NCBI GenBank assembly: GCA_963662795.1 | Contig: OY759746.1 | Location: 512,001-576,000 of the forward strand | Length of the DNA: 64,000 nt | Reading direction: 5' to 3' | Origin: Spirochaetia bacterium | GTDB lineage: Bacteria; Spirochaetota; Spirochaetia; CADAEX01 | In this document: one piece after another, positions 1 to 8,750 of the stretch | Layout of the letters: each line of letters starts with the position of its first letter | How positions within the stretch are numbered: the first letter of the stretch is position 1 | Notes under the pieces: model-generated | Told to the model about the DNA's origin: nothing | The model's input: the letters and a program-made list of their open reading frames with translations, nothing else | Databases searched by the model: none | Made by a program: the position numbers and the translations under genes

Positions 1-24
1 AAATGCAAGCTTTTTTATTGATAT

Positions 25-85
25 AAAAAAGGCTGCCCTCTGAGAGCCTGGAATACCGGATCAAAAGGGAGCAGCCCTTTTTTTT
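25..85 (-). terminator. Probable intrinsic terminator after the lipoprotein gene (possibly bidirectional)
   Basis: GGCTGC (31-36) / GCAGCC (71-76) inverted repeat flanked by an A-run and a T-run, just past the stop codon at 95. Confidence 0.55.
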
Positions 86-94
86 CATATTATA

Positions 95-481
95 TTAAAG
101 TGAAACACCAGTACCAGTAATGCTCCAGATATACCAGTCGTCTGTACCGTCTTCCTTCATGGTAAATAGACATGTTCTGGTATCGTCTCCTCCAATAATA
201 ACAGTTCTTGTAGAACTTGACACCTTTGTTATACTTACTGTTATATATAACTCACCATTGGGAAAGGAAATATCGACTGTATCTTCATTTCCATCGTATG
301 CTGCAGAATCAGGGTGAAAATGGTCCTTGAAAATACCATCACGGTTGGAATCATTAAGATCTTTCACAAACTCCTTTATCCTGTCATCTATACTCATTGT
401 ATCTTCCTGGGCACAGCCTGAAAGGGAAATAACCATCAGGATTACGGCAAGAACTGCCAACAGTAAAATTATTTTTTTCAT
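95..481 (-). CDS. Hypothetical lipoprotein
   Basis: MKK + hydrophobic stretch + LSGC lipobox; AGGAGG RBS upstream. Confidence 0.8.
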   Translation of the reverse strand: MKKIILLLAVLAVILMVISLSGCAQEDTMSIDDRIKEFVKDLNDSNRDGIFKDHFHPDSAAYDGNEDTVDISFPNGELYITVSITKVSSSTRTVIIGGDDTRTCLFTMKEDGTDDWYIWSITGTGVSL

Positions 482-495
482 AGTATTATACCTCC

Positions 496-1518
496 TTAAA
501 TATCTGTTTCATTTATCTGCGGAATCGATGTTTCCTCGAATTTTTGAAGTACACGACTGTAAACTTCAAGAAATTCCCTGAATACAGGGTCATCAGGTTT
601 TGCCATGTACCTTGTTTTAATTTCGGCATACATACTGCCGATTATAAACCTTCTCATGGAAAGTGCGGATAGGGCATAGTATCTTTCATTAAGGCTAAGA
701 GCAGTTGCATTACGAACTGAAGGATTTAAAACTTTTTCAGCATATTCATTTCCTGCCGCTTCACCTTTCTCATTTCTTATTTTTGCATATTCAGCCCTGT
801 CTTCCTTTACCTGAGCTGCCCATTCAAGAAAAACCGGATGCAGCTCAAGCACCTTCCCGTTAAAATAATCAAGCCTCTTTTCAACCGCCTTCAGGGCTTC
901 AACCGGATTGTCAAAAAAATCCTTCTTTTTCCCATCATTCCAGGAGCTGAAGTCAAGTTTTTTACCGAGAAGCTGGAATTTGGCCCCCGGCGGGTCGCCC
1001 GGCTTTACCTCGACGGCCTCATCAGGATTAAGCTCAACGCTTTTGCCCGCGGCTTCGACTTCCACCATTCCGCTTGCGACCGCTATCAGCGTGGAACCGT
1101 CCGCACCGGCATAAACGGTAAACTCTGTGCCGCGTATCCCGGCTACAGTGCTGTTTGTCGCTATCATCGGCTCTTCGCTGGCAACCTTTTTAAACTTGAA
1201 AGCCACCTCTCCGAGAGTGCAGGCAAGGACGTTCTGCTTTTTGCCTTTGACATCCATCTCCCTTACCGTGAAAACAGTATCGGGCGATATTTTGTAAGTG
1301 CTGCCCGATTTTTCAAGGAGCTCCGCGAAGCTGTCTTCCCCGGTTATAACAGAATTGCCGGCAGAAATCTCATCGCCTGAAAAAGCTTCCGCCACTTTCC
1401 CGGAACTGTCCTTTATATCAACCCAGCCGTCAATATATGTTACAGTCGCAACCGCCTGTCCCCAGGATGCAGATACACAAACAGCTGCAATAATAAAAAA
1501 GAGTAAATATTTTTTCAT
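496..1518 (-). CDS. FecR-domain exported protein
   Basis: Signal peptide; FecR motifs 'VITGEDSFAEL' and 'TVAGIRGTEFTV'; helical C-terminal part. Confidence 0.85.
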   Translation of the reverse strand: MKKYLLFFIIAAVCVSASWGQAVATVTYIDGWVDIKDSSGKVAEAFSGDEISAGNSVITGEDSFAELLEKSGSTYKISPDTVFTVREMDVKGKKQNVLACTLGEVAFKFKKVASEEPMIATNSTVAGIRGTEFTVYAGADGSTLIAVASGMVEVEAAGKSVELNPDEAVEVKPGDPPGAKFQLLGKKLDFSSWNDGKKKDFFDNPVEALKAVEKRLDYFNGKVLELHPVFLEWAAQVKEDRAEYAKIRNEKGEAAGNEYAEKVLNPSVRNATALSLNERYYALSALSMRRFIIGSMYAEIKTRYMAKPDDPVFREFLEVYSRVLQKFEETSIPQINETDI

Positions 1519-2117
1519 TTTATCTCCCCTCCTTCCGTGACAGGGCCCTTAAATCCGTAAATTGAGGGATAGCTTTTATTCACTGATTCATCCGGGCTGT
1601 CCCCGTTGTACCTCATCATCATACGGGGGCCAATCCCGAAAGAATATCCCATTGAGATCTCAGGTTCTTTCTTTGCAACTTTTATCCATTTTTTCGGGCC
1701 CAGGATAAAATAATAAAGACCGTTCTTAGCCTCGATTTTTACCAGGGATGCCTTTTCCGGAAGATATTTTGAAAACCAGGTTTTAACTTCCATGGAATCA
1801 GCAAAATATCCGTAATCGCCTGCGCCGACCGGCATTGATTCTGTTTCAAAAGCTTTTTCAAAGGTGAACCCGGAATCTCTTATGTTTTTCCATATCATGC
1901 TTATATCTTTCTCAAGAATAATTATCTCTCCGTCAAGGAGAAAAGGGGTAGATGTAAGTCCGCTCAGTGAAGCATCCCCCCCGCTGTTTACAAGATCAAC
2001 AATTTTTGCGGATGAACTGTTCCACCGGCTGTAGGGAACAGATGTACAGGACAGTATTCCGGATATAAATACCAGGACTGTTGCAGACGCAAAAATTAAA
2101 TTTACTGTTTTTTTCAT
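1515..2117 (-). CDS. Hypothetical lipoprotein
   Basis: ILSC lipobox; 4-nt overlap with the FecR gene. Confidence 0.75.
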   Translation of the reverse strand: MKKTVNLIFASATVLVFISGILSCTSVPYSRWNSSSAKIVDLVNSGGDASLSGLTSTPFLLDGEIIILEKDISMIWKNIRDSGFTFEKAFETESMPVGAGDYGYFADSMEVKTWFSKYLPEKASLVKIEAKNGLYYFILGPKKWIKVAKKEPEISMGYSFGIGPRMMMRYNGDSPDESVNKSYPSIYGFKGPVTEGGEIK

Positions 2118-2391
2118 TTAGAATCTCCTGCAGAATTTACATTCCAATTATAGAATATTATACTATATAAAATCATGTTTCTGCTTCCATAGTTACCAAT
2201 ATTATAAAAAATATTAAGTCAAACTAACCCTTACGGCAGAATTGTTATATATCAAAACCGGAAATTTCAACCGGTATCGGCAATAAAACTACGCCCGCCA
2301 ATAGGCAAAAAACGTTATTAATTGTAGTTTATGACTGAATGAGCTTATTTCTAATGATATATGATGCGACTAAATAGTCAGGGATGTTTAA

Positions 2392-2733
2392 ATGACATTA
2401 AAAGAAATTGCGGAAAAACTGGAATGTGAGATAATTCACAAGGGAAAAGGATTTGCCACGCTTGATATTGTTAACGTATCGGCAGGAGACATGATGAGCG
2501 AAGTGCTTGTAAGCGATGAAGAAAACCGGGTGATTGTCACTGCCCTCACAACAGATCAGGTTGTAAGAACAGCAGACATTGTTGAAGCTGCCGGAATCTT
2601 TCTCATCAATGGAAAACAGCCCCAGAATTCAATGCGGAACCTGGCAGTTGAATCTGATATAAACCTCTTCTCGACAAACATGAGCATGTTTACGACATGT
2701 ATACGACTTGGTAAGCTGCTGGAAAAATGCTGA
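2392..2733 (+). CDS. Stand-alone DRTGG-domain protein
   Basis: 'MTLKEIAEKL', 'GDMMSEVL' and 'VVRTADIVEAAGI' are typical of small DRTGG proteins. Confidence 0.85.
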   Translation: MTLKEIAEKLECEIIHKGKGFATLDIVNVSAGDMMSEVLVSDEENRVIVTALTTDQVVRTADIVEAAGIFLINGKQPQNSMRNLAVESDINLFSTNMSMFTTCIRLGKLLEKC

Positions 2734-2737
2734 TAAA

Positions 2738-3670
2738 ATGGAGAACCTTTCTTTAAACTCTGCGGCAAATCCCCATAATGTAATTCTTGATATAATCTAC
2801 AGGATTAAAATCAGGGAAGTAATGTCAAAAAACATATACATTATCTCACCGGATTCTCCAATTTCCGATGCCAAAAAGATGATGAAAGACAACGGCGTGT
2901 CGGGACTTCCTGTTGTAAAAAAGAGGAAGCTCTGCGGCATTATAAGCATATACGATATAGTTGAATGCCTTGAAAAAGGCAGTGTAAATGACCCTGTAAA
3001 AAAACACATGACGAAGAACATAATAATACTTGAAGAGGACATGCCCCTGTCGTTCGCCCTGAATTATTTTGAAAAATACAAATTCAGGCGTTTCCCGGTT
3101 CTCAACAAGACAAAAGAGCTTTCAGGAATAATAACAAGCAGGGACATCAATGTGTCTCTGCTCAATGAAATAAACATGGAGCTTAAACGGCTCGACAAAC
3201 CCAGAAACACGGAAGAGACAGATTCTGTCAAGGGGAAATACTTCAAACAGTTTTCAACAAGGAAATATGATTTTGAAAACGCGGGAAAAACATCCATCAC
3301 AATAAAAAATTTCCTTAAGGAAATAGGAATCCCGCAGGACATAATCAGAAGAATTTCAATTGCGGTATACGAACTCGAAATAAATCAGGTAGTGCATTCA
3401 GACGGCGGTACGATTCAGCTTTTTATCGAAGGAGACGAGATAACAATAAAAGCGTCAGATACAGGCCCCGGCATAACAGAGCTTGACAGGGCGCTTGAGG
3501 AAGGTTATTCGACTGCAAGCGAGTGGATAAGAAGCCAGGGCTTCGGCGCGGGAATGGGACTTCCCAATATCAAAAAAGTCAGTGACGATTTTCAAATTTC
3601 CTCTGACATTGAAAAAGGGACAGAGGTTATTATAAAAATATTTTCGGGGAAGAAAAATGAAACTAATTGA
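2738..3670 (+). CDS. CBS-pair plus RsbT/anti-sigma-like Ser/Thr kinase (HATPase_c) fusion
   Basis: Two CBS repeats (GLPVV...GIIS; RFPVL...GIITSRD), then N-box 'ELEINQVVH', 'DTGPGI' and 'GFGAGMGLPNIKK'; ATG 2738 preferred over the 2708 start. Confidence 0.85.
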   Translation: MENLSLNSAANPHNVILDIIYRIKIREVMSKNIYIISPDSPISDAKKMMKDNGVSGLPVVKKRKLCGIISIYDIVECLEKGSVNDPVKKHMTKNIIILEEDMPLSFALNYFEKYKFRRFPVLNKTKELSGIITSRDINVSLLNEINMELKRLDKPRNTEETDSVKGKYFKQFSTRKYDFENAGKTSITIKNFLKEIGIPQDIIRRISIAVYELEINQVVHSDGGTIQLFIEGDEITIKASDTGPGITELDRALEEGYSTASEWIRSQGFGAGMGLPNIKKVSDDFQISSDIEKGTEVIIKIFSGKKNETN

Positions 3671-3989
3671 TTTAATCCGCAAAACAGGATATCAGAGTGT
3701 CACGCCCGGAGAAGACGAAACAGAGATTACAGGCGGTTACACCGGGGACCTGTTAAGCGATGTAATGGCTAACTCTCCATCGGATTCTGTTCTTGTTACA
3801 ATACAGGCGCACAAGAACACAATTGCAGTGGCAACTCTTGCGGGCATCAAGGCAATTGTTCTTTGCAACGGAAGGACAGCGCCGGAAGATATGAAAGAAT
3901 CCGCCGTGGCTGAAAGTATTGCGATACTTTCAACAAAAAAAGATCAGTTTTCTGTTTCGGCAGAAATAGCCGGTCTTATCAGGGGCTGA
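3657..3989 (+). CDS. Second stand-alone DRTGG-domain protein
   Basis: 'GGYTGDLLSDVMA', 'VTIQAHKNTIAVA'. Confidence 0.85.
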   Translation: MKLIDLIRKTGYQSVTPGEDETEITGGYTGDLLSDVMANSPSDSVLVTIQAHKNTIAVATLAGIKAIVLCNGRTAPEDMKESAVAESIAILSTKKDQFSVSAEIAGLIRG

Positions 3990-4058
3990 AAAGGCTGATG
4001 CTTTTTCCCGGTTTACGGATTCCGGTTTGCGCATTCAGGTTTGCGGACAAAAGCTAAA

Positions 4059-4763
4059 ATGGTTATAAAAGCGGATCTCCATATTCATACATGCCTCAGC
4101 CCGTGCGGGTCACTCGGGATGTCGCCGGCAGCCATAGCAGCAGCAGTAAAAAAAGCGCGCCTTGACCTGGCATCGATTGCAGACCATAACAGCGCTCTTA
4201 ACTGTCCCGCTTTTTCCGACGCCTGCAGGAAGGAAGGGCTATGGGCAATGTTCGGCCTTGAAGTTACAAGCATGGAGGAAGCCCATCTACTCTGTATCTT
4301 TGAAACTGTGGATAAGGCGCTGGAATTCGGTGATTTCATCTATGCCAGGCTGCCGGACATACCTAATAACCCTGAGATTTTCGGCGACCAGGTATATGTC
4401 GATGAAAACGACAATATTCTCGGTGAAGTTGAAAAATATCTTGGAAGCGCTGTTTCCCTGTCAATCGATGAAATAAAGGATGAGGTTTTCTCCCAAAGCG
4501 GCCTTTTTATACCGGCCCATATCGATAAACCGGTTTTTTCAATTACATCCCAGCTTGGATTCCTGCCTGATGATGACTACACGGCAGTTGAAGTATTCAA
4601 TCCTGCCCAGGCCGGCAATTATTCGGAAAAATATTCAGTTATCACATCCTCAGATGCCCACTACCTTGAAGATATCGGGAAAAAATATTTAACGGCGGAT
4701 ATTGCAGAAAAGACTTTCCTGTCTCTTCTCCTTGCAATGAAGGAAAAAAAGAGCCTGATTTAA
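4059..4763 (+). CDS. PHP-domain phosphoesterase
   Basis: 'DLHIHTCLSPC', 'DHN', 'GLEVTS.EEAH', 'PAHID', 'SSDAH'. Confidence 0.9.
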   Translation: MVIKADLHIHTCLSPCGSLGMSPAAIAAAVKKARLDLASIADHNSALNCPAFSDACRKEGLWAMFGLEVTSMEEAHLLCIFETVDKALEFGDFIYARLPDIPNNPEIFGDQVYVDENDNILGEVEKYLGSAVSLSIDEIKDEVFSQSGLFIPAHIDKPVFSITSQLGFLPDDDYTAVEVFNPAQAGNYSEKYSVITSSDAHYLEDIGKKYLTADIAEKTFLSLLLAMKEKKSLI

Positions 4764-4830
4764 CATCCTCCCTTACAGCTTCCGCCTTTCGCGATTGAAA
4801 TAATTTTTCTTAAGTATTATATATAGAAAC

Positions 4831-6024
4831 ATGAAAACCTATGACGAGATAAACAAAAAGATTGAATCCGGAAATGCCGTTGTTCTTACCGCTGATGAAA
4901 TTATCGATTATGTCGATAAAAAAGGACTTGAAAAAGCAGCCGAGGAGGTTGATGTTGTAACAACAGCGACTTTCGGGCCTATGTGTTCATCGGGGTGTTT
5001 TTTGAACTTCGGCCATTCAAAACCGAAGATAAGGATTACCGAGGCATGGATTGACGATGTGCTCTGCTATTCCGGCATAGCAGCTGTCGACCTCTACCTT
5101 GGAGCGACACAGCTGAGGCATAACGATCCGGCAAACATGTATTATCCCGGTGAGTTCAAATTCGGCGGCGGCCATGTAATAGAGAAACTTATCGCCGGTA
5201 AAAAATGCCAGCTTTTTGCCCTTTCCTACGGAACAGATGATTACCCGCTTAAGGAAATAAGGACATGGTTTGACATAAACGATTTAAATCAGGCTATAAT
5301 GGTTAATCCGAGGAACTGCTATCAGAATTACAATGTCGCAATCAACTGTTCCGACAAGCCTGTATACACATACCTTGGAATGCTTAAACCGGAGATGCAG
5401 AACCTGACATACTCATCAGCCGGACAGCTCTCACCCCTTTTGAACGATCCGCTCTATGAAACAATCGGGATCGGAACAAGCATCTGGCTTGCCGGAAGCA
5501 GGGGAATTGTCCATGCGGAAGGTACGCAGCATTCCCCGACATGCGAGCGATCCGATAACGATGTTCCCGTGGAGGGAGCCGGGACCCTGGGCCTTACGGC
5601 TGACATGAAAAAAATGAGAAAAGATTTTATAAAAGGGGTAAGCCTTAAAGGCTACGGCGTATCGCTTGCTGTCGGAGTCGGCATACCGATCCCCATACTA
5701 AACTCTTCAATACTAAAGAGAACAACTGTGAGAAACAGGGACATCCAGGCATCCGTTATTGACTACAGCCATGACTATCAGAACAAGACTGGCAAAGTCC
5801 TGACCCGGGTCAATTATGAACAGCTCATAATGCAGGATGAAATTGAATTGCTTGGTAAAAAAATTGAAGTCAGTTCAATGTCTTCATATAACAAGGCTCT
5901 TGAAATATCGGAAATTTTGAAGGATGAAATAAAACGGGGAGATTTTTTCCTTTCCGCGCCTTCAGCTTCTCTTCAGAAAGAGCAGTCCATGAAAGGACTT
6001 GAGGTAAGGAGGCAGGGAAAATGA
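4831..6024 (+). CDS. Homocysteine biosynthesis protein / L-aspartate semialdehyde sulfurtransferase (DUF39, MA1821/MJ0100-like), without C-terminal CBS domains
   Basis: 'KTYDEINKKI', 'DVVTTATFGPMCSSG', 'NPRNCYQNY', 'GQLSPLLNDP', 'GYGVSLAVGVGIPIP'. Confidence 0.88.
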   Translation: MKTYDEINKKIESGNAVVLTADEIIDYVDKKGLEKAAEEVDVVTTATFGPMCSSGCFLNFGHSKPKIRITEAWIDDVLCYSGIAAVDLYLGATQLRHNDPANMYYPGEFKFGGGHVIEKLIAGKKCQLFALSYGTDDYPLKEIRTWFDINDLNQAIMVNPRNCYQNYNVAINCSDKPVYTYLGMLKPEMQNLTYSSAGQLSPLLNDPLYETIGIGTSIWLAGSRGIVHAEGTQHSPTCERSDNDVPVEGAGTLGLTADMKKMRKDFIKGVSLKGYGVSLAVGVGIPIPILNSSILKRTTVRNRDIQASVIDYSHDYQNKTGKVLTRVNYEQLIMQDEIELLGKKIEVSSMSSYNKALEISEILKDEIKRGDFFLSAPSASLQKEQSMKGLEVRRQGK

Positions 6025-6434
6025 TCACAAAAAAAGTACTTTTTCTTTTCCCTAAAAGTGAAACGGAAAAACCGATAGTTTATCATCTTGTCAAGGACTA
6101 CGATCTGATAGTCAATATTTTCAGGGCAAAGGTCACAGCGGATGAATTCGGCTATCTTGTTCTTGACCTTACAGGCGAAGAAGAAAACATAGCTAAAGGC
6201 CTTGAATTTGTAAGATCGTTTAACGTTGAAATTAACGAAGCAGACAGGGGCATCCGGTGGGACAAAAATGTTTGCACACAATGCGGGAACTGCCTGTCCC
6301 ACTGCCCGACACAGGCCCTTTACATAGCCGATAAAAAAACAAGGAAAATAGAATACGACGAAGACAAGTGCATACAGTGCCTTAGCTGTATCGAAAACTG
6401 CCCGTACGGCGCCTGCAGCTCTATTTTTCTTTAA
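6021..6434 (+). CDS. NIL domain plus 2x[4Fe-4S] ferredoxin (MA1822-like)
   Basis: 'KPIVYHLVKDYDLIVNIFRAKV' and two CxxCxxCxxxCP motifs; 4-nt overlap with the DUF39 gene. Confidence 0.88.
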   Translation: MITKKVLFLFPKSETEKPIVYHLVKDYDLIVNIFRAKVTADEFGYLVLDLTGEEENIAKGLEFVRSFNVEINEADRGIRWDKNVCTQCGNCLSHCPTQALYIADKKTRKIEYDEDKCIQCLSCIENCPYGACSSIFL

Positions 6435-6443
6435 ACCCGAGTG

Positions 6444-7178
6444 ATGGACAAAAAGAGGGACTACCGCGGCTTTTCATGGAAAGGGGCAAATTTCAGAATA
6501 TCTTCCTCTGCCTTTGATGTGATTACTGCGGAAATAATAAAGCAGAGGGAGATATTAAGTTTATATATTTTGGATCATGAAGATTTCCTGACTTCGCTTG
6601 TTCCGCTTGCGGGAATTGATAATGACGCCCCTGATATCGTAAGAAGAATGCACAGGGCCTCTTTACTTACAGGTATCGGCCCGATGGCTTCAGTAGCCGG
6701 TGTTAACGCACAGATCGCAGCCGAGGCGGCAGTTGCATCAGGAGCGGATGAGGCTGTAATTGAAAACGGCGGCGATATATACCTTTTTACACAGAATGAA
6801 ACCTTAATAGCGTTATACGCCGGTACTAATTCTTTTTCCGGCAAACTCGCAATAAAAGTCAAACCTGCAATGACGCCTTTATCCGTTTGCTCATCTTCAG
6901 GCAGGATGGGCCATTCACTAAGCCTTGGAAACTGCGACCTTGCAACTGTTACAGCTGCTGACGGAGCACTTGCCGATTCCGCCGCGACGCTTGCCTGCAA
7001 TCTTGTAAAGGAAGAAGCAGATATCGCACCTGCCCTTGAGAGGATAATATCGATCAGGGGGATTCAGGGAGTACTTATTGTAAAGAATGAGAAAATAGGT
7101 GTGGCGGGAAAATTCCCTGAACTGGTACGCAATTACGATAATACGACAGAAAATAAAATTACAAAGGAAAAACAGTAA
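6444..7178 (+). CDS. UPF0280 / ApbE-like protein (MA1715-like sulfur mobilisation)
   Basis: 'GIGPMASVAG', 'VIENGGDI', 'VCSSSGRMGHSLSLG', 'ALADSAAT'. Confidence 0.85.
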   Translation: MDKKRDYRGFSWKGANFRISSSAFDVITAEIIKQREILSLYILDHEDFLTSLVPLAGIDNDAPDIVRRMHRASLLTGIGPMASVAGVNAQIAAEAAVASGADEAVIENGGDIYLFTQNETLIALYAGTNSFSGKLAIKVKPAMTPLSVCSSSGRMGHSLSLGNCDLATVTAADGALADSAATLACNLVKEEADIAPALERIISIRGIQGVLIVKNEKIGVAGKFPELVRNYDNTTENKITKEKQ

Positions 7179-7218
7179 AAACTGTGAAAACACAGGCTTA
7201 AGACTTTACGGCAAGGTG

Positions 7219-8583
7219 TTATGCAATCCTGAATTTTCTTCCGGCGAGAGCTTCTGACATTTTATCTATTTTAAAGGTTTCTTCAGAAATGAAATGAGAT
7301 ATTCTCTCAAGCTCTGCGCCTGCCAGATGAAGATTAAGGCATCCTGTTGTCCCGTCGCTTTTCCTTTCCGCAATAATTTTTTCAGGGTCCTCACTTTTAA
7401 GCTTTTCAATATTGAGGCCCACCTCTTTATAGGCATCCCTGAAGCTCTTCCCCCCTGCGACAAGGCGCAGAGCCTCATCAGTCGCGTAAATCTCGGGTAT
7501 GAACCCTTTTTTAAGATTACCCCTGTTAACGCCGGTTTGCGAAATTGTAAGCTCCATAATCTTAAGGCAGTCATACGCAAGATCAAGCCCTTTCATGAAG
7601 GGTTCCTTTGTCTCCTGAAAATCCCTGTTATAGCCTGCGGGAAGTGAGCGGATTATATTTTTAACCTGGAAAGCCTGTGAAGACATGGTTGAGGATTTCG
7701 CCCGCAGCAGTTCAAGTCCGTCAGGGTTTTTTTTCTGCGGCATTATGCTTGATCCCGAGCACAGGCTGTCAGGCAGCGAGAAGTAGCCGAATTCAGGCAT
7801 TGAAAAAATTATAAGCTCCTGGGCCATTTTACTTATGGTAAGTGTAAACTGGTCAAGCACATCCAGAATCATGGATTCAATCTTTCCTCTTGAGTTGTTG
7901 CAGTAAAGAACATTATTCTGGACTTTTTCAAACGCAAGCAGCTCTGCCGTCATGCGCCTGTCAAGAGGCAGCGGTACACCGTAGCTCGCGGCTGAACCAA
8001 GGGGCGACTGGTTGTTAATATGGTAAACCGTCTCAAGCAGTTTATGGCAGTCAAGGATTTCTTCCGCGAATGAGCCTGCCCAGAGTCCGACGGATGAGGG
8101 CATTGCGATCTGCATGTGTGTCCTTCCCGGCATCGGAACATCAGCGTATTTTTTTGCCATTGAAACAAGGCCTGCGGCAAGGGAAGAGGCGGCTTCCATT
8201 ATCTTAAGGATTTTTGAACGGCTGAAAACCCTGAGGGCTGTAAGCACCTGGTCATTTCTTGATCTGCCGGTATGGATCCTTTTCCCGGCTTCCCCTGTTT
8301 TTTCCGTAAGAAAGTTTTCTATTGCGGTATGACAGTCTTCATCCGAGATATTGATTATAAACTCATCCCTGCTGTCAAGATCAAGTATTTCGATAAGGCC
8401 GTGCCTTAGCCTGTCAAAATCCTCATAGCTGATAATTTTAACTTCAGAGAGCATCCTGGCGTGAGCTATACCGGCAAGACAGTCGGCTGCGACAAGATTC
8501 CGGTCAAGAATATAATCAATTCCAACTGTAAAACTTTCAAGAAGAGAATCAAGCTGATAGTTCTTCTGCCATAATTTAGCCAT
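7219..8583 (-). CDS. argH: Argininosuccinate lyase
   Basis: 'IHTGRSRNDQV', 'MPGRTHMQ', 'SGSSIMPQKKNPD'. Confidence 0.95.
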   Translation of the reverse strand: MAKLWQKNYQLDSLLESFTVGIDYILDRNLVAADCLAGIAHARMLSEVKIISYEDFDRLRHGLIEILDLDSRDEFIINISDEDCHTAIENFLTEKTGEAGKRIHTGRSRNDQVLTALRVFSRSKILKIMEAASSLAAGLVSMAKKYADVPMPGRTHMQIAMPSSVGLWAGSFAEEILDCHKLLETVYHINNQSPLGSAASYGVPLPLDRRMTAELLAFEKVQNNVLYCNNSRGKIESMILDVLDQFTLTISKMAQELIIFSMPEFGYFSLPDSLCSGSSIMPQKKNPDGLELLRAKSSTMSSQAFQVKNIIRSLPAGYNRDFQETKEPFMKGLDLAYDCLKIMELTISQTGVNRGNLKKGFIPEIYATDEALRLVAGGKSFRDAYKEVGLNIEKLKSEDPEKIIAERKSDGTTGCLNLHLAGAELERISHFISEETFKIDKMSEALAGRKFRIA

Positions 8584-8750
8584 TTTTACGCACCTCGTTC
8601 TTCAATTTCAAGAGAGAGGATTGCACACAATGCACTTTTTTTCAATAGACATCACTTTACAGTGCCTGTCCTGCCGGAAAGATTCCCCCTGAATCCGGGC
8701 AGGTGTTCCCGGACCTGAATTCTGACAAAACATAAAATCAGGCAGACTGA

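Noticed and set aside
8618-8640. ARG box upstream of argH (TGCACACAATGCA)
   Set aside because: Half-site spacing is one base short of TGMAT-N4-ATKCA and there is no tandem partner
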